From Mytilus edulis (lineage: Eukaryota), in contig NC_092353.1 in NCBI RefSeq assembly GCF_963676685.1, positions 24,552,001-24,616,000 on the forward strand: a stretch of 64,000 nucleotides of DNA, in the 5' to 3' direction. Below, one piece after another: positions 51,875 to 63,875 of the stretch (positions are counted from its first letter, which is position 1; every line of letters starts with the position of its first letter). The position numbers were made by a program, and so were the translations under genes. The notes under the pieces are model-generated. The model was given only the letters and a program-made list of their open reading frames with translations. It was not told the origin of the DNA and ran no database searches.

Positions 51875-53625
51875 GTACTCTTACGACTGAAATGGCAAAA
51901 TTAAAACTTAGTGGTACAAATAATAAAAAGAGATATACCCAAAGTAAGAGGACAAATAAGGGCTGTTACAATTGTGGCAAGTTTGGTCATTTAGCAAGGG
52001 ACTGTCGCCTACCCCGAAGAAATAAGAACAATTATAATGAAAATAAGGGGGATGGGACTGTCAAAACATTAATGAAAACTAGGAAACAAAATAACCGTAA
52101 GACAAAGGAAGGTGCGGTTACAACAGCATCTGAAGATGCTGGTATGTATGTCAAACTAAATTTAGGAGACATTGAAGCCAAGTTTGTGGTTGATACAGGA
52201 GCAACTTTGACATTGGTATCTTCCAAGTTATACGATATGTTGACTCCATTAGATAAATCATATCTAAGCGAAGTTAAGACAACTGTTAGGTCAGTGTGTG
52301 GCAATAAGCTAGAGCTTCGTGGAAAAGGCAGGTTCAATCTGCATTTCGGTCCAAATATGTTGCAATCTGAAGCTGTTGTGACTGATCTACAAGTTGACGG
52401 TATACTTGGTTTAGACTTCATGAAACGACATAATTGTTTAATTGATGTTAAGAATGGACACTTTTGTATTGGGGATTTTAAGGTAGATTTGTGTTTTCAG
52501 GGATCAATAGGCTGTTACCGAGTGGTTGCTTCAGAAGCGGTTGTCATACCGCCAAGGTCAGAAATTGTCATTAATGGCACGGTTTGCTTAGCAGAAGGTC
52601 AGAAATTACCTGCTGACAATGCTTTGTTAGAAGCAAATGAGCATGCAGGGAAAGACTACATTTTAACTGCTAGAACGTTGGTAAGGTCAGGCGAAAAAGT
52701 CCCTGTTAGATTAATGAACACAGAACTAGATACTAAGACAATTTATCCTGGTACAACTATAGCCCAAATGTCTGGTGTTGAACAAGTACTAGATGGTAAT
52801 ATTAGTTCAAATGAACAGAAACATGACGGACTTAGACCAGATTTACGAGATCTGTTAGACAGGACATCAGATGAATTGACTTTGAAAGATAAACAAAAAG
52901 TAAAATCTTTGTTGATAGAAAATCAGAACTTGTTTGCTTCTTCTGATGTTGACTTGGGAAGGACCAATCTTGTAAAACACGAAATCAATACGGGAAACGC
53001 AAGGCCATTTAAAGAACCGCCTCGTCGTACACCATATCATTTGAACAAGGTAGTAAATGACAACCTTGACAAAATGTTACAAAAAGAGATTATTAAAGAT
53101 ATACCTGCACACAAGTTGGCTTGGGAGCTTAAAGAGAAGTTAGAACACTCCCACAGTTTTGTCAGAGGTAAAATAAAAGGGCAATTGCGAAGACAGAAAC
53201 ACTATCACGACCTCAAATTGTCATATCAAAATTTCAGAAAAGATGATGAGGTATACGTCTATTTCCCAGTAAAGAAACCTGGGATGTCTTCAAAATTGAC
53301 TAGTTTCTGGAAAGGTCCTTTCAAAATTCTCGACAAATATGGTGACCTTACATATAAAGTTGACTGTGGATACAGAGGGAAACCACAAGTCATACATGTC
53401 GATAGACTTAAGAAAAAGAACAAACAGACATTAAGGACAGAATCAGATAATAACACTTTTGTTCCATTAGACACTGAAAATGATACAGCTGAAAACGACT
53501 CTTATTCACAAGACATTGCTGTTCATGAGTCAACGTTGCCTGAGGAAGAAACGCAAGAAATTAGTGATGAAGGGCGCCGTCCAAGGCGAAAACCAGCTTG
53601 GATGGCAGATTACATTGTTAAATAG
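51850..53625 (+). CDS. Gypsy Gag CCHC zinc knuckle + aspartic protease, fused in frame to the integrase C-terminal (GPY/F) module
   Basis: CYNCGKFGHLARDC; VVDTGA...ILGLDF; pre-RT linker HEINTGNARPFKEPPRR...DKMLQKEII joined directly to ...RRQKHYHD...KLTSFWKGPFKIL...VIHVDRLK. No YxDD, RNase H or DDE core. Confidence 0.88.
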   Translation: MQTMEKSLSTLTTEMAKLKLSGTNNKKRYTQSKRTNKGCYNCGKFGHLARDCRLPRRNKNNYNENKGDGTVKTLMKTRKQNNRKTKEGAVTTASEDAGMYVKLNLGDIEAKFVVDTGATLTLVSSKLYDMLTPLDKSYLSEVKTTVRSVCGNKLELRGKGRFNLHFGPNMLQSEAVVTDLQVDGILGLDFMKRHNCLIDVKNGHFCIGDFKVDLCFQGSIGCYRVVASEAVVIPPRSEIVINGTVCLAEGQKLPADNALLEANEHAGKDYILTARTLVRSGEKVPVRLMNTELDTKTIYPGTTIAQMSGVEQVLDGNISSNEQKHDGLRPDLRDLLDRTSDELTLKDKQKVKSLLIENQNLFASSDVDLGRTNLVKHEINTGNARPFKEPPRRTPYHLNKVVNDNLDKMLQKEIIKDIPAHKLAWELKEKLEHSHSFVRGKIKGQLRRQKHYHDLKLSYQNFRKDDEVYVYFPVKKPGMSSKLTSFWKGPFKILDKYGDLTYKVDCGYRGKPQVIHVDRLKKKNKQTLRTESDNNTFVPLDTENDTAENDSYSQDIAVHESTLPEEETQEISDEGRRPRRKPAWMADYIVK

Positions 53626-56554
53626 ATTTTATACATTTAACTGAATTAAAATGTGTATATAGTATTTCTATGTTGTAAAGTTAGTTTTAGACATGCGGGA
53701 CGCATGTGTTTTTGAGGCGTGGGTTATGTGATGATTTTGTATCTGTGGTTAAATTGTTTACATTGATTACAGTTCGGCAGAAGCCATATTTTATGCATTG
53801 TGTATATACTTTAATAAAACATAGAAAAGAGTAAGATGTTTCGCGGGTAAACTTTGGGTCAGGTCAAATGTGAAGGGGTGTTCCAAAGGAAACTCAGATA
53901 CGAGTAACGAGACACTTTGGTAGAACACCCCTCCTTCAAGAATGGTACAGCTCCCATCGGGGTATATAAGCAGGAGAGAATCCTAGCTCAGGGTCGATTG
54001 TCATAAGTCTTCGGAGACATAAGACCAAGCTACGGTACGTCGATATTCGAGATCGCTGTCTCGTATATATAAGATATTATAGATAATATTACTAAGTGTA
54101 ATAAAGAACAGGTCGGTGCCTGTTATAAATACGGACTTGTGCATTTACAAGCTGAACCGTATTGTACCGTATAGGACAAGTGTGAGTCTGTGTGACCACC
54201 TTGTAAAGTACATAATTGTACCAACGGAACAAAGACAAGTGTGTAAACTTGTAGGGTACATTATTGTACCAGGAGGACAAGTTTGTTCCTGACCCAGGAC
54301 AAAATTGTAAGAGAGTACAAATTTGTACCAGTGTATATATTTTGAGTAGAGTATTAATAGATAGTTTATTAAATATTGCAAAGAGCAGTTGTACATATTT
54401 TGGTTCATTGACGTTAATATTTGAATAAAGATTATTTGTTATATGTTTTGTAAAAAGAGCAATTTTGGATCCAGTATCAAACTGGTAACGGACACATTCT
54501 AAAATAGAAACAGACACGCTTACCCTGTGTACACGTTACACATATTTAGCTTAATGAAATTATATTAGTAAAGAAAAAGAACAAACAGTAATTTTATGTT
54601 TATAATGTTTTAGAAAAATACTAATTTACTGATATATATGCTAGTTTATCAATGATATCACTGTCATTTTGTCAATAGCTGACTGTGCTTGCCACATTTA
54701 ACTGCTGTAGAAAAGTCATTACGATGTCATTTTAAATCATATTCATTTGTGTTATACACGAGATAAACCGTAATTCCAATATCTATGGCATGACATTCTC
54801 CGATTTTACAAAAAAACGCATTGATTTTCAGTAAATTGACGAAAAGTCTACCCACCCTGTGTTTGTTTTGAATATTTTGAACCAGAAAATCTCAACTGGA
54901 AGTGCCAGAATACTTTTTTCCGTCTCAACATTTGGTTGAGATTAGATGGTTTATCTGGCGTGCAATTGGAGGTATTTCATATACTATACAGCCTTATGAT
55001 TTTTGACAGTGTTGTCCATTGAAATTAGAGAATAATAAAATAAAGTTAAACAGGTAAAGGAAGTATAGATGAAAAAAATAGTTTTCAACTATTTATTTTG
55101 TAATTGTTTAAAGGGAAAAGATAATGAAAAGTAATATTCCAATATGTATTTGCATTAAATTTGTTTAAGATTTAATCTTTTTTACCCGAAAAACTGTAAA
55201 TATAAGAAACAATTTTGATTGGTGACAAATAAGGGGAAGTAGCTCCAGTAAAATTGTAAAAACAACAGTGAGATGCACAAAATATTTACGACCCAAATAG
55301 GCGAGTGATATGAGAGCCAAATTTACATTTTTAATGCACCTACCTAACACACGGCTAAATTATATATCACTGGAAAGCTAAGAATGTGTACTTTCTAAAT
55401 ATCCCGGTCGTCAAAAGAAATTATGGTGCACTTTTTTTTAAATCGAGGTCAAAGGTCATGGGTGCAATTTCAATTCACAGATTCTTCCAGTAGAAAAATC
55501 AAGTTAAAACAAATGCAAAAACGAAACAATTTTACAGGAATGCTGTATTACTGTTGGGAAAATATATTTCTATCATATTATTAATTAATTTTGGTTGATG
55601 TTAACGATAACGCATGTTACGTAACGTTTTCTCTCGGAGTCTTTGAAAATCAACCATTAAGTCACACAAATGTATCTGTAGTCGCCCTTGCATTATCTAA
55701 ATATTATAATACCTCCATATCATTTGATTGCACGTATTTACAAACATATATCTGCAAATTTGATATAAATAATCCGAAACAATATATTTGAAGCAAGGGG
55801 GAAATATAACATATGACGTGTTTTTAATTGATAAGAAAAGTCCCTTGATGAGCTGAACAATAAAATTGAGGAAGCCTATGGTCTCCTGTTAGTTTGAAAG
55901 CCTGCCAACCGCTTCAAGATCAGACAACAATAGGGCAGCTTTTTTTATATTATTGTAGTGCAATATGTTGAGTCTGGATCATACCGCAATTTCATTTACA
56001 TCACTAAATCAGATATGATAAGAGTACTAACTAACATTACTGAAATGAGTAAAGTGCTACTAGTATATTTATATCAACAAAATTGTGACAATTTTAATAT
56101 AAAACATCACAAGGAAAAAATGATCACTCATTGTACGTCAAACTGTGTTTGATTTTACTTTAGTCGGCCGCCGTGTATCTTGAGATATCTAATTAATTAA
56201 ACAACACTTGACAAAGTAGTTTGTACTTTTTCAAATTACGCTAGTGATGACGTTCGGCTACTTTGGCACCGCTTCAAACGGAGGACAAGGTTATCCCAAT
56301 ATTTATTTGGCTTTCTTATGTTAAAATCCCGTTAGCTTATAACCTAAATGATCGAAACGTCGGACCAATGGGATGTTGGACCATTTAGGTGTCGGAATAT
56401 TGCGATATCGGAATATTTTAGCTTCATTTTAACTTGTAATCTCATCATTCTTATCGGTCAATATATCCATACAAAGACAACTTCCTTGGGCATATAACAG
56501 TACAGCAGAGGTTTTGCTCAAAGCGGACACAAGATCTACTATATACGATTGAAT

Positions 56555-56880
56555 TAAAAATTGGGAATGGACATGAGGGATTTGTCAAAGAGACACCAAC
56601 CCGTTCAAAAAGCAGACAACGGCCGAAGACCACCAATGGGTCATCAATGCAGCAAGAAACTCCCAAACCCGGAGGCGTTCTTCAGCTGGCCCCAAAAATG
56701 TACTAGTTTGAAATGATAATGGACGTCATGCTACGCTTCGAAATATACTCAAAAAATTTCAATAAAAAATCATACAAAACAAAGAAAGGCCAGAGGCTCC
56801 TGATTTGGGACAGGCTCAAAATTGCGGCGGGGTTAACATGTTTTTTGGAAATCTCAACCCTCCCCCTATACCTATACCAA
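56555..56880 (-). repeat. 3'-end copy of PLE family B nested in the Academ remnant
   Basis: Matches 36414-36745. Confidence 0.7.
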
Positions 56881-57012
56881 TGCGTGAACAGCTCAAATCT
56901 TGTGGAAAGTTGGATGACATCATACCGGACCGATGTTGCCTTTTAGCCAACCAAAGTCATACGGAGAACTTTTATTGTTTCTGTAGTTAGGTCGACATTG
57001 TCTTGGATAAAA

Positions 57013-57441
57013 CCCCCAAGGGTGACTGGGGAATAGAAATATGGTCACTTGGTCTTCTCCCGACCGGCAGTAAAACGCTTGCCGAAGTGGGGTGTCCGTT
57101 AAGCTGTGCGTGATGTATTAAGTTCGCAGTCACGTCCGGTCAGAATGGGGACGTTAAATCCGATGTCTCGTGTAAAGAAAGTGCCACACTCTTTGCACGT
57201 TAAGAACCCTTACAACAACTCTTTGAGGGCTGGTAGGTGTCCTGTTGTAAAACAAAATTTCTGTCCCTATCCAATGTGCCCTCATTTTCCGGTGGCAGTC
57301 GAAATTGCTCCGGCTATCGTCCCTTTTGGCCTCTGTTGTGAAAAGACCTGCCTATTGTATTTGTTGTGAACTTGTTCTCGTCCTGAATATGCATGAAATA
57401 TTTGCCACTGGACGTTAAGCAACTAACAATCAATCAATCAA
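57013..57441 (+). mobile_element. SINE with Meta/Deu-like central domain and (AATC)n tail
   Basis: 12-bp TSD tcttggataaaa (57001-57012, 57442-57453). Central ggacgttaaatccgatgtctcgtgt...gcacgttaagaaccc. Tail ccactggacgttaagcaactaacaatcaatcaatc. Confidence 0.8.
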
Positions 57442-60400
57442 TCTTGGATAAAATGTTGACCCCCAGAAGAAAAATACTGCCATGTAGAATGTATGCCCCA
57501 TTTTAAATTTTCTAATCTCCTGAGCAGTCAAACTTGTTAATAGTATCTCAAAGGTGTGTACATAAATACGGTGCATTTGTAATAATAAACCTAAATGAAA
57601 AAGAGTAAAAAAAGATATTTATAGATAATATACATTCTACTAAAGCCATACATCTAAGAACTTTGTCAATAGGAATATCGTACGCTTTATTAACTGCCGC
57701 AGATGCGCCTTCATCCAAAAGGCAATACAGAAATGTTTTTAAAGCAGGTGGCATAATTTCAATTGAATAATCCAGTGAAATGTTTTTAGATAATGGATAT
57801 TCATCTTTGGATTACAACTTTACCCTATATCTGCTTCCGTAAAATACTAGTAGCTGTATAAAGTGCTTGTAACCAGTTTCGCAGTCACTGCTCAGATCTT
57901 TAAATTTGGCAGACTGTATATCACAGTCATTTTAAACGAGTTATTTTCTGTCATTACGGCATAAGACAAAATTATAGAGCTACTGTATACAATATTGGAT
58001 GTGCCTTGGCCTTGTTGATGCTGTATACATGCAACTATAAATTGACCATATATTTTTAGTTTTTGTTGAAGCCGATAATATGTTGTGTAGTTTTCTTGGC
58101 GGCGATACTCGGGCAGAAATTGCGCCCTGTTAACTGATCAAGTAATTAAAGTTGTTAACCAGAATACTTTCTTGTGTACAGGCACGTCATCTTTAATCGT
58201 CGAAATGTTAGTAAAAGCTGTTTTATGTTCAGAATTGAATAGCACTTTACTTTCAAATTTTGTATCAAATATTTAGCGATGCAAGCTCGATGGTATAAAG
58301 ATTTAATAGTAAAATTGTTATGAGTTATTTTGTAAATCAGATCATGGTAGGAGATATATATGTTGTAACACTCAATACAGCTTGAGTTTGCTCCTCAGGG
58401 AATATCTTATGAAGTTGTGTAACTTGCTTATAGGCTTTATACATTTGCAAAATATACAAACAGACAAATCAGAATGAGTTGTAGATCTACTGCCCTCGTT
58501 GATATATAAGAAGAGACTGGTCGGTAGAATTGGTACATGTAGTACAAAATCTTTGTACAGACAAAAAATATTTATAACAACTCTTATGATATTTTGTATT
58601 TTCAAATGGGATGTTTTCCTTTTTTTCATATTCATCGACCAGTCTTCTGTAAACTTCATCTTTTCGTTTTTTCCACTGCGGCAATACAACTGTATCTTCA
58701 CTTTAGTGTTTAACTACATAGTTTCTATGTAGTAAATGCATGACAGACTATGAATATCTTTGTCAATCAATGGATAGTTTTTGATTTTTAGCATAGGAAT
58801 GGTTTCCTTGTGAACTGGACTGTGAAAATTTGACACGACTCGGAAGATTTTCTACAATTTTCCGATACGATTCCTTATTTAGAAAGGGGTGAATTCTACA
58901 GACCTCAAAAACTATGTTTTACTTTGATTTGATCTTAATTTCGGACGATTTTATATATATTTAAGCTACACTGAAGTTAAAGATAGAAATAGAACCGTTT
59001 AAATATGATTTATCGTACTCTAATAGCACTATTAAGTACACGGAAATCGACTAATATATTCAGTAAAAAAACGATAACGAAATAGATAAGGGATTCCGGA
59101 AACTATAGTGATTTTACCCAACATCATAAAATTACAGAAATTCGTGATTTTAAAGAAATGTTGAGATAAAGTCTTGATCTTGAATGAAAAAACGATAACT
59201 GATGAGTAATTTGGTGTGTTCTAAAACGGATAGAATGCAAAAGCATTTGATAAAAATTTAATTGTAGATCCGAAAAGGTCAGGATTATGAAAATTTTCGT
59301 ACAAAATGTCAAATATTTAGAAGGAATGCAAAAGCATGCGGACTTACAGTTGTATATATTGTTTTTCATTATTTTAAGAATCTAATTCACTTAATTATTC
59401 TGTCTAAAAGAAAACTTACAACTAATTTCCTTTGCTTGAAAAACATGTCGTAATTTTATAATTTTCAACTAATTTCTGAAATAAACGTCAATTTTACAAA
59501 AACTGCACCGTACGATTTTGTGACGACCGGGCAAAAATCAAAGTTAAATCATTATTCTTTCATTTAAAAAAGAAATTAGCCGTGTGTTAGGTGGGTGCAT
59601 TAAAGTCCTTAACTAGACGTCTTTTTCAAATATTACACTCGCCTAAAAGCAAACGCGATTGGTGTTAATTACGGGTCAGTTGACAGGTATGATGTCTGTG
59701 TCATTTTTGGTCTCTGGTAGATACATTGAGGTTGTCTCATTGGCAATCATACCACACATTCTTTTTTATATAGATGGGATATGGTGTGCATGCTTAACCA
59801 AAAATGTTACAACTTGAATCCGAGCAAAATCAACTGCATTCGCATTCGAATATTCCAGGTTTACAACAAGAAAATTCTGTTTGCATGTACATGTAATTAT
59901 ATAAACCGCCTACTTTCATGAATCATGATCGACCTTTTCTCCAAGAAACCCAAATGGTCTAAACCCTATGCAGATGACATACTTATCAGGTCCACAAATT
60001 TTCAAATTAATTACATGATAGAAATACCATTAGCTATGCCTATGGTTACATGTATAATTAATTTTCAGCCTGAAAAAGGGGGGGGGGTCATTGTTTTGTT
60101 GTTCGACACGGATCTTGTTTTGAAATTATTTCCGCTAATTTGACGCTTACATATTATTTTTTTCGGTGGTCGTGAATCGCTCTTTGAGCATGTATATTCA
60201 ATTAATTAGTACTAACTTTTCAGTTTAAATTTCCCCCTTTTCATCCATCTCATGTTTTTCGGACCTTTTCTAGTGTAAGACAAGGGTGAAACTGCTTCAT
60301 AAGCTACCAAAATGAAGATCGTTATCTATAAATTAATATCGATCTGCATAACAGTATTCATGAAAAGCAGTTCACGTGTCCGATTAATATGAATTATTCT

Positions 60401-61077
60401 CTCTTCATTCTTCTCCTACGTCAAAAACATGCTCCATATTTATTTTTAGAACGGAAGTACTATTTCGACAATGACAATTGTAACAATAAACTTTATTAAG
60501 TTTTAAAATTGCATTTAAAAGTTATTCAACTCTTTCTCAATGTATTTGAATAAAAAAGACTATTTAAATGATCATATTTTATTGTTATGGAAAATTACGA
60601 CAATGTACATGACTTACGATATCAATGCGCAACTTTATGCGCAGACGGCGCGAAAATTTAAACCCCCGAACTACCTTAAGAAGGAAACCGTCTAAAATTT
60701 AACTAAAATGCTAAAATTGTGAAGATTTCAGTAATACAGCATGACTTAATGATACTAATTAATACCCGATATATGTGCATTGTATTGCCAAAAACAGCCC
60801 ATATTTATGTAGCAGAAGCATTCTACTTTCCAATAAATAACTGAAAGCTTACATTTTAACAATTTTGTAAAACTGCTATATGTTGGGGCCAAAAAGGGGT
60901 CTTACTGGACCTACTCCTTTGTTTGTAACCATAAGCACGATGCAATTAGTGATTTTTATCGACAAATTTCTACTGGTTAGCCGGACTACCTGCTGACAAA
61001 ATCGACTGGTCTCGGACTGGTCCGGCGCAATTTCTACTGGTCTCGGACCACCGGACCAGCGCTAATTTCGACCCCTG

Positions 61078-61531
61078 GAGGGTTATTGCTCACAAGGAAG
61101 CTATTAAATCAAGAATTCCACATGGTGAAGTTGAAATCATCTCTTCGTAAATTTTACGGACGCCATCACGAGTTGGTTGACCGTTATGGAACAACCGTTT
61201 CACAAATGATATCGGATATGTTCCTTACGTCGTAACTAAAATCCCCTTCCCTTTCATAAATGTGACCTACAGAATTAGACTATTTACCGGATTTGTTATC
61301 TCATAAGCAACACGACGGGTGCCACATGTGGAGCAGGATCTGCTTACCCTTTCGGAGCACCTGAGATCACCCCTAGTTTTTGGTGGGGTTCGTGTTGTTT
61401 ATTCTTTAGTTTTCTATGTTGTGTCATTTGTACTATCGTTTGTCTGTTTGTCCTTTTCGTTTTTGGCCATGGTGTTGTCAGGTTGTTTTCGATTTATGAG
61501 TTTGACTGTCCCTCTGGTATCTTTCGTCCCC
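61078..61531 (+). pseudogene. PLE family A: RT C-terminus and 3' non-coding end (second half of the split copy)
   Basis: Continues the interrupted frame: LLTRKLLNQEFHMVKLKSSLRKFYGRHHELVDRYGTTVSQMISDMFLTS* (61086-61235). No C-terminal GIY-YIG follows. Confidence 0.85.
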
Positions 61532-62508
61532 AAGTACATGTACACGCATATAGACAATATAAAATAAACGATACCGTTTGCATAATACAACGAATAGACC
61601 TTGTGAAAAACACTAACATGTGCTGACTTCAATATTTGCTTAAGTCAACCGTGTGTGTCACAGAAACCTCTAAACATTAAATGAACAGAGCAATTATAGG
61701 AATATTTGTTTTCACTACAGTTTGTATACCAATGACATTCAATTTTATATTAAAAGGCCGGGTCAATGTCACCTTTGTCAAATGTATAAGTTGTTAACAT
61801 AGATTTTTTTTTTATTTTAGTCGGGTGTTCTGAGAGATTTTCCTATAAGATATATACAAATCTTATCCTGAGGTTAAAGCAAACCGAGAATTTGTATCCA
61901 TAGGACACCATGCACTGCTAGCATTATCACAGCTTCATGTTGAAATAAGAGAAGTTTTAGTAAAAACACCTTATTTGGACTTATTACTCAAAATATCTGA
62001 AAGCTTTACATATAGATTATGCAGGTGGAAATTTGAAGCAGTCGCTGAACAATCAAATGAAAATAAAGGACAACGAACATGTGACATACTCAGACGGAAA
62101 CTGCAGAAGATAATCCTAGAAATGAGGTTTCTAGGTCCTCAACTTTGATAAATATAAACCATTATCCTGCAATCGGCTAACCATTGTACAGATAACAGGA
62201 ACACAAATAAATTTTGGTTTTATTTGTAAATGTACATAAAAAAAAGTATCCTGTTACCCGGTTCCACATTGGGCAAGCGTAATATGGATTTTTCTTTCTA
62301 TGTAACAGTTCATATTATGGTCCTCTTCGCGTTCCGCGTTTCAACTATGCTGAATTCTTTGAAAATCATAGGCGATTATTCGGATTATATCAACTACATG
62401 TAACGCTCATGTACCGGGTGTAAATTGCAGGGTAAAAGAGATAAAAGCAATATATGTACATTGTAGGAAACATAAATAAATAGGAGAAAAGCTTGGCACA
62501 GAAGGAGC

Positions 62509-62586
62509 AGATTGTTTACCCTCGAAAAGACATTGTCAAACTCGGCTTAGCTTCAGTTGACAATGTTTTCTCGGGGTAACAATCTG
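62509..62586. repeat. Imperfect hairpin, probable Crypton-like non-autonomous remnant
   Basis: agattgtttaccctcgaaaagacattgtcaa pairs with ttgacaatgttttctcggggtaacaatct. Confidence 0.45.
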
Positions 62587-63239
62587 ATCTATCACCATCT
62601 CAGTTATGTGTTATTTATAAACTACAACTAAGTGCATATGGAAATCCTGATCTTAATAGCACCTTATCCAGACCATAAAACCAAATTAACAGTGACTACT
62701 AAGCATGTGTAATTTAGATATTATTCCTAAAAGGACATAAAAAGAACAGATATAAATATTTTTTAACACAAGACGTCTTTGCTTTAGAAGGTAAAAGGTC
62801 ACATGTTTATAACAATCGGGTAAATTAATCGTATCACCTCATTTTTATATAAAGTTACAAGGAGAAAGTACGATCAAAATACTTTAAAACTCTACACAAT
62901 AGTCCTCCAGACGACTACAATCTTGATATAAGTAATTAAACCCTAGAGTAATAACGTATACAAAAATATATATATTAATCTGTTCATTTATATAAATCAT
63001 ATTTTCCGACTTATATCTGTCGGGAACCATTGGTACGAAATAAGATTTTAAATTATTATATTACATTCTAATGGTCTCATCCGAATATGACCTCATTATG
63101 TTCTCATTCTGAATATTAATTTTGAATTATATTACTTTAACTATTCCTATCCTGAATGTTGGGGAAAATATCAAAAGAGAAATAGAAAGAGTCAAAATAA
63201 AACACCTAGTTCTGGAAATAAAAGTAGAAATAATGAAGC

Positions 63240-63875
63240 AAGTTGCTTATTTAAAAAGGGTTTAAACTAGGTTGTTTAAATATCAAAATAAAATTCCAAT
63301 TAAAATATGAACAATTTTTGATATATTTGGTATGGTAGAAACATTTTTAAATAATGAAATTGGTACCGAAACATTACAAATTGAAGGTTTCAAAATTGAA
63401 AGAAAAGATAGAAACGCTATTAATGATCGCGGAGGTGTGATTGAGTACATACGAAATAGTGTTTGTCACCAAAGAAAAATCGATTTAGAAATAGGTAGTA
63501 TTGAATCTTAATGGATTGAAATTAAATTTCCAAACACAAACTCTATTTTAATAGGCATTTTTTTTTTATCGTCCACCGAGTTCATTGCAATCTTGGATTT
63601 ATTCAGTAGAAAAACAAATAGAAAAAGCGACAGCAGAAAATATTGAAATTATACTTTTAGGAGATTTCAGTAGTATCTATTCACATATAGAGCATACAGT
63701 TGTCGGAAATCAAAAATGTAAGGACTGTATTAATTTGTATGCTTTACAACAGATTGTGCACAAACCAACAAGAGTAACAGATAAATGTGCAACTACCATA
63801 GACCGTATGTATACTACCGATGTAGACCATATTATATAGAAGTAAGTGTTATGCTGTCAGTGATCACTATTCCGT
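63240..63875 (+). pseudogene. APE endonuclease domain of a non-LTR retrotransposon (CR1/L2 group), degenerate
   Basis: DIFGMVETFL...RKDR...RGGV..YIR...WIEI...YRPP...IILLGDF...LQQIVHKPTRVT...TTID, with stop and frameshifts. Confidence 0.8.

Larger units (their letters stand above)
49695..54540 (+). mobile_element. Ty3/Gypsy LTR retrotransposon, internally deleted (non-autonomous), recent insertion
   Basis: 814-bp TG...CA LTRs at 49695-50508 and 53727-54540, no differences seen by eye. 4-bp TSD cata. PBS tggtggttagcgctgggat (tRNA-Leu-like) just after the 5' LTR. Purine-rich tract before the 3' LTR. Confidence 0.95.
46814..54971. mobile_element. Element with ~190-bp terminal inverted repeats, superfamily unassigned
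   Basis: 46814-47003 is the near reverse complement of 54781-54971 (aaaccatctaatctcaaccaaatg.ttgagacggaaaaaagtattctggcacttcc...aaaatcggagaatgtca.gccatagat). Confidence 0.75.
55298..59645 (-). mobile_element. Academ-like DNA transposon remnant
   Basis: Termini taggcgagtg / cactcgccta with 3-bp TSD aaa. Imperfect inverted repeat over ~140 bp (ttaatgcacc.acctaacacacggctaa; cccggtcgtca). Decayed minus-strand frames ...KYHKSCYKYF (58487-58684) and MPPALKTFLYCLL (57548-57754). Confidence 0.65.
46585..59691. mobile_element. DNA transposon with CAT...ATG termini and 7-bp TSD (P-like), split by insertions
   Basis: TIR catacctgtcaac (46585-46597) / gttgacaggtatg (59679-59691). atgtctg is duplicated at 46578-46584 and 59692-59698. 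The interrupted family C repeat resumes in register after 59698. Confidence 0.8.
46101..60920. mobile_element. TIR MITE split by further insertions
   Basis: TIR aaaggagtaggtccggtaag / cttactggacctactccttt (19/20). No clean TSD seen. Confidence 0.7.
45520..61077 (-). mobile_element. hAT transposon remnant holding nested insertions
   Basis: TIR caggggtcgaa (45520-45530) / ttcgacccctg (61067-61077). 8-bp TSD gagggttg / gagggtta. Subterminal (gg)accagt repeats. Minus-strand residue IASFDPIPAIAMRNISGQRFTRP (~45811-45880) resembles a hAT transposase C-terminal tail. Confidence 0.85.

Noticed and set aside
50060-54517. Duplicated minus-strand ORFs of 141 and 87 aa
   Set aside because: They lie inside the two LTRs and are duplicated only because the LTRs are. 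No recognisable protein features.
61319-61632. Hydrophobic ORFs repeated at 24757 and 61319
   Set aside because: Translations of the non-coding T-rich PLE 3' end, downstream of the RT stop codon.
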